A stretch of DNA of 64,000 bases from Ginsengibacter sp. (lineage in GTDB: Bacteria; Bacteroidota; Bacteroidia; Chitinophagales; Chitinophagaceae): positions 11,811-75,810 of the forward strand of contig JBDUCQ010000001.1 of NCBI GenBank assembly GCA_040003385.1, read 5' to 3'. Numbering within the stretch: position 1 is the stretch's first letter; the number at the start of each line of letters is the position of its first letter. Position numbers and translations under genes: made by a program. This document shows, piece by piece, positions 21,565 to 30,442 of the stretch. The notes below the pieces were generated by a model that saw only the letters and a program-made list of their open reading frames with translations, was not told where the DNA came from and searched no databases.

Positions 21565-23976
21565 GTGCTAAAAAACTATATCACCATCGCCTTAAGAAAT
21601 CTTAAGAAAAATAAGGGCTTCTCTTTTATTAATATTTTCGGATTGGCGATTGGCTTAACCTGTTTCATGCTGATCGCAGTATTTGTTTATGATGAGTTGA
21701 GTTATGACCAATATCCTGCAGAGGCAAAAAACATTTACAGGGTAAGTTTAGCTGTAACCGGAAATGGGAATGTGGCTGAATATCCCAACGTAGACGCCGC
21801 AGTAGGTGAAGGTATTAAAAATGCATTTCCTGAAGTGAGGGATGTGGCAAGACTTTCTCCTGCAATTGATTTTATAAAATATGGTGACAAGCAATTCAAG
21901 GAAGAGCATCTTGCTTTTGCCGATTCAAATTTTCTGCAACTATTTACAATCCCCCTGGTAGAAGGAAATGCAGCCAGTGCGCTTATCCAACCCAACAGCA
22001 TAGTGGTCTCAAAAGCGATGGCTAAAAAATATTTCGGAAATGAGGAACCCTTAGGCAAATCTTTGGCTATAGGTATCCGCAAAGTTCCTTACAAAGTAAC
22101 CGGGGTCATAGAAAAAGTCCATGGCAATTCACATTTTCATTTTGATGCGTTTTTAAGTTTGTCAACATTCCATATTACCAATGCCACCTGGAGTAACCTG
22201 GGATATTTTACATACCTGCTTCTCAATAATCATTCTGATCCTAAAAAATTAGAAACTGCACTTCCAGCCCTGGTTGCGAAATACGTAGTTCCTGAAGTTC
22301 AGCATGACATGGGCGTAAGCCTTGCAGAAGCACAGAAATCAGTAAATACTTTCAGGTTTTTTTTACAGCCATTGACCAGTATCCATTTATACTCGGATAC
22401 CAAATTCGAGCTGGAACCAAATGGTGACATACAATATGTGTATATTTTTTCCGCACTGGCTGTTTTTATTCTATTGCTCGCATGTGTAAACTTTACCAAC
22501 CTTTCTTCTGCGCGTGCCGTAAAACGTTCAAAGGAAGTAGGTATCAGGAAAGTAATGGGTTCTGTAAAAAAGCAACTGGTGTTCCAGTTTCTTACCGAAT
22601 CAGTTTTGATCACAGGCTTTGCTATGCTGTCTGCATATATTTTGATATTCCTTTTGTTGCCATATTTCAACAACCTTTCAAATAAAAACATTGCTTTCAC
22701 ATTTTTTCTCAGTTACCGAAGTATCCTGGTGATGATAACTTTAAGTTTATTTGTGGGATTACTGGCTGGTACTTATCCGGCCTTCTTCTTATCATCATTC
22801 AATACCATAAAAGTTTTGAAGGGTACCTCCACAGCGCTGGGGTCACAGAAAAAAACGTTGCGCAGCGGGCTGATCATATTCCAGTTCCTGGTTTCCACGG
22901 CATTGATCATTGCAACAATTGTTGTTTACCAGCAACTGCATTTCATGCAAAATAAAAAATTGGGATATGATACGGAGCAGGTCTTGTTTCTTCCGGATGC
23001 AAGATTACTCGGGAAAAACCAGGTGGCTTTTGAACAGCAGTTATTACAGGACAACCGGGTAGTTTCTGCCAGCATCTCACGGTCTATTCCGGGAAGCATT
23101 TTTATGGATGGTACGGAAATCTATCCCAAAAATGAGAATTCCAACGGAACAGAAATTCATTCAAATATTTACCATGTAGATTATGATTATATCCGCACAT
23201 TAAACATTCGGGTGATCCAGGGAAGAAATTTTTCAAAAGATTTTTCCACAGATTCTGCAGGGGTGATCATCAATGAAGCAGCAGTGCGTGAATTGGGTTG
23301 GAGCCAAACAAATCCCATTGGCAGGTCAATCATACGTTCAGGGCAGCACGAGTTTAAAGTGATTGGCGTAGTTGCTGATTTCAATTACGCATCTGTAAAA
23401 CAAAAAGTGGCGCCAATGATGCTTTTACTTGGAAATAATTTTGGAGGCTTGATCGTCAAAATGAAAACTGCAGATGTAAACGGTTTCCTTACCAATCTTA
23501 AAAAACAATGGGACAGCTTTCAGCCTGGTGGCCCCCTGGAATACAATTTTATTGACGAAAGTTTTGCCGCCTTGTACAAGAGCGAACAACGTACCCAACA
23601 GATATTCACATGTTTTGCTGCGATCGCCATCATCATCGCCAGCCTTGGACTTTTCGGCCTTTCTGCATTTGTGATAGAACAACGCACAAAGGAAATAGGC
23701 ATACGGAAAGTATTGGGTGCCACTGTTAACCAGGTATTGTTATTGGTTTCCAGGGAATTTTTAACCCTTGTATGTATTGCATTTGTGATTTCTATTCCCC
23801 TTACATGGTGGGCAATGAACGCATGGCTGCAGGATTTTGCTTACAGGATAAATATGAGTGTATGGATGTTTGCAGTGGCAGGTATAACAGCAATTTTGAT
23901 TGCCTTGTTCACCATCAGCTTCCAGGCAATCAAGGCCGCAGTTGCGAACCCGGTGAAGTCGTTGAGAAGCGAGTAA
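21565..23976 (+). CDS. MacB/FtsX-family ABC permease, copy 10 (803 aa, GTG start)
   Basis: GTG CTA AAA AAC TAT gives the family's MLKNY start; ends ANPVKSLRSE. Confidence 0.92.
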   Translation: MLKNYITIALRNLKKNKGFSFINIFGLAIGLTCFMLIAVFVYDELSYDQYPAEAKNIYRVSLAVTGNGNVAEYPNVDAAVGEGIKNAFPEVRDVARLSPAIDFIKYGDKQFKEEHLAFADSNFLQLFTIPLVEGNAASALIQPNSIVVSKAMAKKYFGNEEPLGKSLAIGIRKVPYKVTGVIEKVHGNSHFHFDAFLSLSTFHITNATWSNLGYFTYLLLNNHSDPKKLETALPALVAKYVVPEVQHDMGVSLAEAQKSVNTFRFFLQPLTSIHLYSDTKFELEPNGDIQYVYIFSALAVFILLLACVNFTNLSSARAVKRSKEVGIRKVMGSVKKQLVFQFLTESVLITGFAMLSAYILIFLLLPYFNNLSNKNIAFTFFLSYRSILVMITLSLFVGLLAGTYPAFFLSSFNTIKVLKGTSTALGSQKKTLRSGLIIFQFLVSTALIIATIVVYQQLHFMQNKKLGYDTEQVLFLPDARLLGKNQVAFEQQLLQDNRVVSASISRSIPGSIFMDGTEIYPKNENSNGTEIHSNIYHVDYDYIRTLNIRVIQGRNFSKDFSTDSAGVIINEAAVRELGWSQTNPIGRSIIRSGQHEFKVIGVVADFNYASVKQKVAPMMLLLGNNFGGLIVKMKTADVNGFLTNLKKQWDSFQPGGPLEYNFIDESFAALYKSEQRTQQIFTCFAAIAIIIASLGLFGLSAFVIEQRTKEIGIRKVLGATVNQVLLLVSREFLTLVCIAFVISIPLTWWAMNAWLQDFAYRINMSVWMFAVAGITAILIALFTISFQAIKAAVANPVKSLRSE

Positions 23977-24050
23977 GGTAGGTATCAGGTATCAGGCATC
24001 AGGTATCAGGTATGAGGAATAATTAAAAATTAATAATTAATAATTGATAC
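23977..24050. repeat. Spacer 10: AGGTATC AGGTATC AGGCATC AGGTATC AGGTATG AGG plus TAATTAA heptads
   Basis: Read directly. Confidence 0.85.
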
Positions 24051-24056
24051 AGAAAA

Positions 24057-26534
24057 ATGTTTAAAAATTATTTAAAAATCGCATTCCGGAATATCAAATC
24101 CAAAAGAGGATATACGCTGATGAATATACTTGGGCTTGCTATGGGAATTACTTGCTGCCTGCTGATATTTCAATACGTGGCGTATGAAAAAAGCTATGAC
24201 AATTTTCATGCAAAGGCCAGCCAGGTTGTGAGGCTGAGACTGGACTTTCATGATCAGGGTAAGCTTACCATGCAATCTGCTGCCGTTTACCCGGGAATCG
24301 CACCCATGATGAAAAAAGAATTCCCTGAGGTTGAAAATTATTGCAGGCTCATTGATACAAGAATATCCTGGCTAAAAAATGAGATGGTGCAAAATAATAT
24401 CATCCTTGCAAATGATGACCGTCACATACAGGCTATTGAGAATAGTGGTTATTACGCTGATCAGTCTTTTTTAGCAATCTTCAATGTTCCTTTTGTAAAA
24501 GGCAATCCATCCACTTCTTTGGACGGACCAAACAAAATCATTTTATCAGAACGGACAGCTGAAAAATATTTTGGGAACACCGATCCTCTTGAACAAAAAA
24601 TAACAGTAAGAGAAGGCGGCAATACATTTCAATATGTGGTAACAGGTGTTTTTAAAAACTATCCAGCCAATTCACACCTTGCTTTCGATTATATCATTTC
24701 TTACCGGACATTCGATAACCTGGTGACCGGATTAGGTGCGCCTGCCTGGGCCAATCCGGAAACGAGCCTGAGCTGGTACGATTACTATGCCTATTTATTA
24801 TTGAAGCCGGGAACCGATCCCGCGAAATTTGAAACAAAGGTTCATTCTTTTGCCAACCGGTATCTTAATAAGAACTATAGCCAGGCACACAATAACAAAC
24901 AGGACCTCTTCACCATCGGGCTCAAGGATATACATCTTCAATCTCATTATAATGAAGAAGCAGGAGTAAATGGCGATAACAAAACTGTTTCATTCCTTTT
25001 CCTGATCTCATTTGTTATCATCATAATTGCCTGGGTCAATTACACCAACCTGGCTACTGCCCGGTCACTTGAAAGAGCTAAGGAAGTAGGTGTGCGAAAA
25101 GTGTTGGGTGCCTTGCGCATGAATTTAGTCGGGCAATTTTTAGCAGAAAGCCTTCTGTTGAATTTAATATCACTCCTTGTTGCACTGATACTGGCATTTG
25201 CTCTTACACCTTCTTTCAACCAGTTAATGGGGAGAGAAAAAACAGTTCTAGCATTACCATTGTCTTACTGGCTTGGCTTTATCTCTTTGTTTTTCGGAGG
25301 TGCCCTGATTTCAGGATTTTATCCTGCGTTAATACTTTCAGGATATCAACCCATGTCTGTATTAAAAGGATTGTTTAAAAATTCAATTGGCGGCATGCTG
25401 ATTAGGAAAAGCCTGGTGGTCGTCCAATTTACCATCTCGATCATTTTGATTGCCGGAACTATCATCGTCTACCGGCAGGTGGGATTTATGAGAAACCAGG
25501 ACCTTGGAGCAAATATCAACCAGACTCTTGTGTTGAATGGTTCAAGCGGTAACCAGGATTCATCGTATGGGTCTTCTTTTCTGCCATTCAAAAATGACAT
25601 TCTTCAGGTGAACGGGGTCAAAAACATTACCTCTTCGTCGAGTGTGATGGGGCGGGAAATATATCTCACAAGCACTGCGTACCTGGTGGGTGCAAAAGAA
25701 AAAAATACCCTCACGTTCTATTTTATGTACGTAGATGAAGATTTTCTTTCTGCCTATGGAATGAATTTTAAAGCCGGCCGCAATTTCTCTAAGGAAAATA
25801 ATGCTGATAAAAAATCAGTGGTATTGAATGAAGAAGCGGTCAAATTATTTGGCATTGACAAGCCTGAAAAATCTTTGGATAAATTGATCTACAACTTTCA
25901 CGATTCACTCAGGATCATAGGGGTGGTTACAAATTACCACCAATTGGGGCTAAACAAAGCCTTATTGCCCATTATATTTATTCCGAAACCAACTGTCAAT
26001 AATTTTTATTCGGTTAAATTCCAAACCCCGGTTACTCCGAAAATGATATCGGAAATAGAGAAGACCTGGAACCGTTATTTTCCCTCCAACCCTTTTAATT
26101 ATTTTTTTCTCGATGATGCTTTCAATGCCCAGTATAAAAGCGATGTGCAATTCGGGAAAGTTTTTGGCCTGTTTTCTTTGCTTGCCATCATCATCGCATG
26201 CTTTGGCCTGCTTGGTTTGTCTGCCTACAACGTATTGCAAAGAACGAGGGAAATTGGTATACGCAAAACTTTAGGTGCTTCTGTCAATCACCTGATGTTC
26301 ATTCTATCCAAAGATTTTCTGGCATTGGTGGTTACAGGATTTATTGTGGCCATACCTGTAACATGGCTGGTAATGAACCGTTGGCTGAATGCATTTGCTT
26401 ATCGCATCAACATAAGCTGGTGGATTTTTGCCATTGCAGGAATACTGGCATTTGTAATTGCAATGTTGACTGTAGGATACCAGGCCCTCAAGGCTGCATT
26501 GGCAAACCCGGTAAAAAGTTTGAGAGCAGAATAG
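24057..26534 (+). CDS. MacB/FtsX-family ABC permease, copy 11 (825 aa)
   Basis: Same architecture; most similar to copy 7; ends ANPVKSLRAE. Confidence 0.93.
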   Translation: MFKNYLKIAFRNIKSKRGYTLMNILGLAMGITCCLLIFQYVAYEKSYDNFHAKASQVVRLRLDFHDQGKLTMQSAAVYPGIAPMMKKEFPEVENYCRLIDTRISWLKNEMVQNNIILANDDRHIQAIENSGYYADQSFLAIFNVPFVKGNPSTSLDGPNKIILSERTAEKYFGNTDPLEQKITVREGGNTFQYVVTGVFKNYPANSHLAFDYIISYRTFDNLVTGLGAPAWANPETSLSWYDYYAYLLLKPGTDPAKFETKVHSFANRYLNKNYSQAHNNKQDLFTIGLKDIHLQSHYNEEAGVNGDNKTVSFLFLISFVIIIIAWVNYTNLATARSLERAKEVGVRKVLGALRMNLVGQFLAESLLLNLISLLVALILAFALTPSFNQLMGREKTVLALPLSYWLGFISLFFGGALISGFYPALILSGYQPMSVLKGLFKNSIGGMLIRKSLVVVQFTISIILIAGTIIVYRQVGFMRNQDLGANINQTLVLNGSSGNQDSSYGSSFLPFKNDILQVNGVKNITSSSSVMGREIYLTSTAYLVGAKEKNTLTFYFMYVDEDFLSAYGMNFKAGRNFSKENNADKKSVVLNEEAVKLFGIDKPEKSLDKLIYNFHDSLRIIGVVTNYHQLGLNKALLPIIFIPKPTVNNFYSVKFQTPVTPKMISEIEKTWNRYFPSNPFNYFFLDDAFNAQYKSDVQFGKVFGLFSLLAIIIACFGLLGLSAYNVLQRTREIGIRKTLGASVNHLMFILSKDFLALVVTGFIVAIPVTWLVMNRWLNAFAYRINISWWIFAIAGILAFVIAMLTVGYQALKAALANPVKSLRAE

Positions 26535-26610
26535 CCCCCGCCTGGATGACATAGTCGGGCAGGCTTCGGCAAGTTCAGGATGGAGGTGTTAGGCGTTAGG
26601 AAATTAGAAA
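26535..26610. repeat. Spacer 11: composite REP (27-bp hairpin 26537-26563 plus CTTCGGCAAGTTCAGGA) followed by heptad G-arm
   Basis: Two mismatches over 53 nt against 13696-13748. Confidence 0.85.
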
Positions 26611-26665
26611 CTAAAATGTTCAATTACTTGAATTATAAATAATCAATATTTAATAATTATTTATC

Positions 26666-29092
26666 ATGTTAAAAAATTATTTTAAAGTCGCATTGCGCAA
26701 TCTTTGGAAGAACAAAGGATTCTCTGCCCTCAACATTGTGGGCTTGTCCATAGGCATCGCTACATGCCTGCTGATCACCTTATATGTTACTGACGAACTC
26801 AGTTATGATAAGTTCAATAATAAGGCGGACCGGATCTACCGGGTAAATGTTGACCTAAAGTTTGGCGGTGCCGAACAAAAATTTGCTGTGGCTTCTGCCC
26901 CCCTCGCCTTTACCCTTGTAAAGGATTTTCCACAGGTTGAAAATGCAGTACGTTTTCGGGGTTATGGCAGCTCAGTTGTAAAAAAAGGGGAACAAAACAT
27001 AAGAGAGACGCGTATTATTTTTGCCGACTCCACCTTGTTTTCGGTATTCACGATCCCCATGGTTGCAGGCGATCCTAAAACCGCCCTTACCGAACCCAAT
27101 TCAGTAGTGATCAATCAATCAACTGCGAAAAAATATTTTGGTAGCTCCAATGCGGTCGGCCAGGTGCTCCGGTTTGATAACCGAACAGATTATAAAGTAA
27201 CCGGGGTGATACAAGACCTGCCCGGGAATTCGCATTTTAATTTTGACTTTTTTATTTCAATGTCGGGTGCCGATGAAAGCCGCAATGGTGTGTGGGCAAG
27301 TTTTAATTTCAATACATACCTCCTTTTACGCAAAGGCACAGATCCAAAAGGGGTCATTTCAAAAATGGAGGAAACGAATAATAAATATCTCTGGCCACAG
27401 GTACAGCAAATGATGAAGGTTGACCCTGCAGAATTTAAAAAGGCCGGTAATTACATGAACCTGTCTTTGATCCCACTCACAGATATTCATTTGCATTCCG
27501 ACCGGGTAGCTGAGTTGGCCCCAAACAATGACATACAGGTAGTGTATATCTTTTCGCTCATTGCCATATTTATCCTTGTCATTGCCTGTATCAATTTTAT
27601 GAACCTTTCTACCGCACGTTCTTCTAACAGGGCTAAAGAGGTAGGCATCCGCAAGGTTTTAGGTACACGCCGGTCAAACCTGGTTGGCCAGTTCTTAACT
27701 GAATCTGTATTAATGAGCTTACTTTCATTCTTGATGGCTGTGATCATAGCGGTCTTATTAATTCCCTTCTTCAACCAGCTTGCATCAAAAAAGCTCACCT
27801 TGTCTCCTTTTGATCACCCGGTTTTAGTGCCGGTGTTACTGGTCTTCGCTGTGTTGGTTGGCCTGCTTGCCGGATGTTATCCTGCTTTTTATTTATCAGC
27901 ATTTCAACCGATCCTGGTATTGAAAGGGAAACTTGCCAGTGGATTCAGGCATAGCTATTTCCGAAGCACACTTGTCGTTTTCCAGTTCGCGATTTCGATC
28001 GCATTGATCATTGGAACGGTAGTGATTTACAACCAGCTTACCTATATTCAAAATAAGAAATTAGGATTTAATAAGGACCAGGTACTTATTGTTCAGAATG
28101 CCTATGTTTTAGATAAGAAGGCAGAAACTTTTAAAAATGAGGCGCTAAAATTTAATGACATACGGTCTGCCTCTGTTTCCGGTTACCTGCCCGTTCCATC
28201 AAGCCGCAGCGACCAGCCTTTTTTTCCTGAGGGAGTCATTGACCAAAAGAAGGCAGTGGCCATGCAGCAATGGACTGTTGATGTGGATTATATTAAAACG
28301 ATGGGAATGGAAATGAAAGAGGGAAGGAATTTCTCAAAGGACCTTCTTACTGACAGCAGCTCCATTATCATCAATGAAACTGCGGCAAAGCTTTTTGGTT
28401 TTACAGATCCTCTTAATAAAAAGATTACATCCTTCACAGATATCAACAATGGAGGGAACAAGCTCAATTACCAGATCATTGGCGTCGTTAAAAATTTTCA
28501 CTATGCATCACTCAGGGAAAACATCGGGGCATTGTGTATGTTCCTCGGGAAATCGACGGATGCCATCAGTTTCAGGATTAACGCAGGCAATGCCTCAGCG
28601 ACAGTAAAAAATATTGAGTCACTCTGGAAAAAAATGGTACCCTCCGAGCCATTCACCTATTCATTCATGAATGAAGATTTTAACAGGATGTATGAAGCCG
28701 AACAAAGGGTGGGGAAAATATTTATTTCTTTTGCAATTCTTGCAATCCTGATTGCCTGCCTCGGCCTGTTTGGGTTGGCCACCTATGCTGCAGAACAACG
28801 CACCAAAGAGATTGGGATCAGGAAGGTTCTTGGAGCAACTGTTTCGAATATTGTTCAAATGCTGTCAAAAGATTTTTTGAAACTGGTGGTGATTGCTGCC
28901 CTGATTGCATTCCCGGTTTCCTGGTGGGCCATGAACAAATGGCTGCAGGACTTTGCTTACAGGATCACGATCAGCTGGTGGATATTTGTTGGAGCAGCCT
29001 TCATTGCAGTGCTAATCGCATTATTTACAATAAGCTTTAAAGCCATACGTGCGGCGATATCCAACCCGGTGAAGTCGCTGAGAGCGGAATGA
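26666..29092 (+). CDS. MacB/FtsX-family ABC permease, copy 12 (808 aa)
   Basis: Same architecture; INFMNLSTARSSNRAKEVGIRKVLG; ends SNPVKSLRAE. Confidence 0.93.
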   Translation: MLKNYFKVALRNLWKNKGFSALNIVGLSIGIATCLLITLYVTDELSYDKFNNKADRIYRVNVDLKFGGAEQKFAVASAPLAFTLVKDFPQVENAVRFRGYGSSVVKKGEQNIRETRIIFADSTLFSVFTIPMVAGDPKTALTEPNSVVINQSTAKKYFGSSNAVGQVLRFDNRTDYKVTGVIQDLPGNSHFNFDFFISMSGADESRNGVWASFNFNTYLLLRKGTDPKGVISKMEETNNKYLWPQVQQMMKVDPAEFKKAGNYMNLSLIPLTDIHLHSDRVAELAPNNDIQVVYIFSLIAIFILVIACINFMNLSTARSSNRAKEVGIRKVLGTRRSNLVGQFLTESVLMSLLSFLMAVIIAVLLIPFFNQLASKKLTLSPFDHPVLVPVLLVFAVLVGLLAGCYPAFYLSAFQPILVLKGKLASGFRHSYFRSTLVVFQFAISIALIIGTVVIYNQLTYIQNKKLGFNKDQVLIVQNAYVLDKKAETFKNEALKFNDIRSASVSGYLPVPSSRSDQPFFPEGVIDQKKAVAMQQWTVDVDYIKTMGMEMKEGRNFSKDLLTDSSSIIINETAAKLFGFTDPLNKKITSFTDINNGGNKLNYQIIGVVKNFHYASLRENIGALCMFLGKSTDAISFRINAGNASATVKNIESLWKKMVPSEPFTYSFMNEDFNRMYEAEQRVGKIFISFAILAILIACLGLFGLATYAAEQRTKEIGIRKVLGATVSNIVQMLSKDFLKLVVIAALIAFPVSWWAMNKWLQDFAYRITISWWIFVGAAFIAVLIALFTISFKAIRAAISNPVKSLRAE

Positions 29093-29172
29093 AGGTGTGA
29101 GGATTTAGGGGTTTGTAGTTAGGAGTTAACATTTTAAGACAACCAACGAGTCACCATATACGAAAAGTATCG

Positions 29173-29208
29173 TCAAAAACGAACATAAGGTGTATCAAAA
29201 GCGAACAT
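29173..29208 (+). promoter_or_regulatory. Candidate transcription-factor site: direct repeat TCAAAA(A/G)CGAACAT x2 at 22-bp spacing
   Basis: 29173-29186 and 29195-29208 match at 13/14 positions, two helical turns apart, upstream of the DUF4097-ATPase-TolC genes. Confidence 0.45.
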
Positions 29209-29320
29209 TATTAATTCTGAGACTTATCTAAGCCATTGTGTTTACATTAGTTATATAAATGGTACATCTTTGATAATTAAAGCAACAATTCACTTTAACT
29301 GATAAATAAAACAGACGATT

Positions 29321-30361
29321 ATGAAGAAATTTCTTTTTTTGCTGATGTTAACCGGTTCTGGTTTCGCAGGCAATGCACAATATAATTCCGAGCGAGATCC
29401 TTATATGACCAAATCATTGTCAAATGATGCAATCAGCCGTGTAAAAATTGAAACAACTGGAGGCAATATTACAGTGGAAGCGGCAGGAACGTCTGAGGCC
29501 CGTCTTGAAGTATTTGTACAGTCGAATAATAGCAGGAATTCACTCTCTAAAGATGAGATCAAAAAGATGCTGGAAGAACAATATGATCTAAGCACAACAG
29601 TCCATGATCACACGCTGACTGCCATTGCAGAACCCAGGCATAAAAATATGGATTGGAAGAAAGGGCTGAGTATTTCTTTCAAGGCTTTTGTTCCATCTAA
29701 TGTTTCCACAGACCTGAACACAAGTGGTGGAAATATTAATCTGAAAGGGATTTCAGGGAGTCAAAATTTTACTACCAGTGGTGGCAATCTTAATTTAGAT
29801 GACCTGTCCGGTAAAATAAAAGGCAGAACTTCCGGGGGCAATCTCAATTTGCACAACCTGAAGGATGACATCGACCTGTCAACAAGCGGCGGAAATATAG
29901 AAGCCGAAAATAGCAATGGCAATATCAGTCTCACCACCTCCGGCGGATCACTGCACCTGGATGGCCTGGGTGGAAACATCAAAGCAACTACAAGTGGCGG
30001 CAACGTTCATGGCAATGACATCTCCGGTGAGTTGTATGCAAATACATCAGGGGGCAGTATTGTATTGAAAGGATTGTCCTGCAGCCTGGAAACTTCTACG
30101 AGCGGCGGTAATATAGAAGTCTCTATCAAACAATTGGGCCAGTATGTAAGAATCAGCAATTCCGGTGGAAATATTGACCTTGTAATGCCAAAAAACCAGG
30201 GAGCAGATCTTAAATTAAGCGCAGAAAAAGTTAAGACCTCCGGTCTTGAGAATTTCAACGGCAGTAAAGAAGATGACAGTGTAAAGGGTAAATTGAATGG
30301 CGGAGGTATTCCTGTTACAGCATCCTCCAGCAGTGGTAATATCAACTTTTCCCTGAAGTAG
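29321..30361 (+). CDS. Secreted DUF4097-like beta-strand repeat protein
   Basis: Signal peptide MKKFLFLLMLTGSGFAGNA; about 10 repeats of (S/T)SGG(N/S)(I/L/V) with a period near 19-20 aa. Confidence 0.8.
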   Translation: MKKFLFLLMLTGSGFAGNAQYNSERDPYMTKSLSNDAISRVKIETTGGNITVEAAGTSEARLEVFVQSNNSRNSLSKDEIKKMLEEQYDLSTTVHDHTLTAIAEPRHKNMDWKKGLSISFKAFVPSNVSTDLNTSGGNINLKGISGSQNFTTSGGNLNLDDLSGKIKGRTSGGNLNLHNLKDDIDLSTSGGNIEAENSNGNISLTTSGGSLHLDGLGGNIKATTSGGNVHGNDISGELYANTSGGSIVLKGLSCSLETSTSGGNIEVSIKQLGQYVRISNSGGNIDLVMPKNQGADLKLSAEKVKTSGLENFNGSKEDDSVKGKLNGGGIPVTASSSSGNINFSLK

Positions 30362-30442
30362 TTGATGTGATGTGCGATGACATTTTTAGTAAATAAGATT
30401 TCCTATAACGATGGAACGCCGGGATCAAAAAATGAATAAGTA

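Noticed and set aside
210-28858. Numerous 60-135 aa antisense and alternate-frame ORFs inside the permease genes
   Set aside because: They lie wholly within long, well-supported CDS, recur opposite conserved motifs and have no recognisable domains; these are shadow ORFs.
1051-29130. CRISPR array interpretation of the periodic spacers
   Set aside because: The repeats are degenerate 7-8 nt tandem units separated by 2.4-kb genes; there are no constant 25-45 bp repeats with short unique spacers and no cas genes.
29260-29274. Firm sigma-54 promoter call
   Set aside because: TGGTAC-N4-TTGA is one base short of the GG-N10-GC geometry and lacks the -12 C; mentioned only as tentative.
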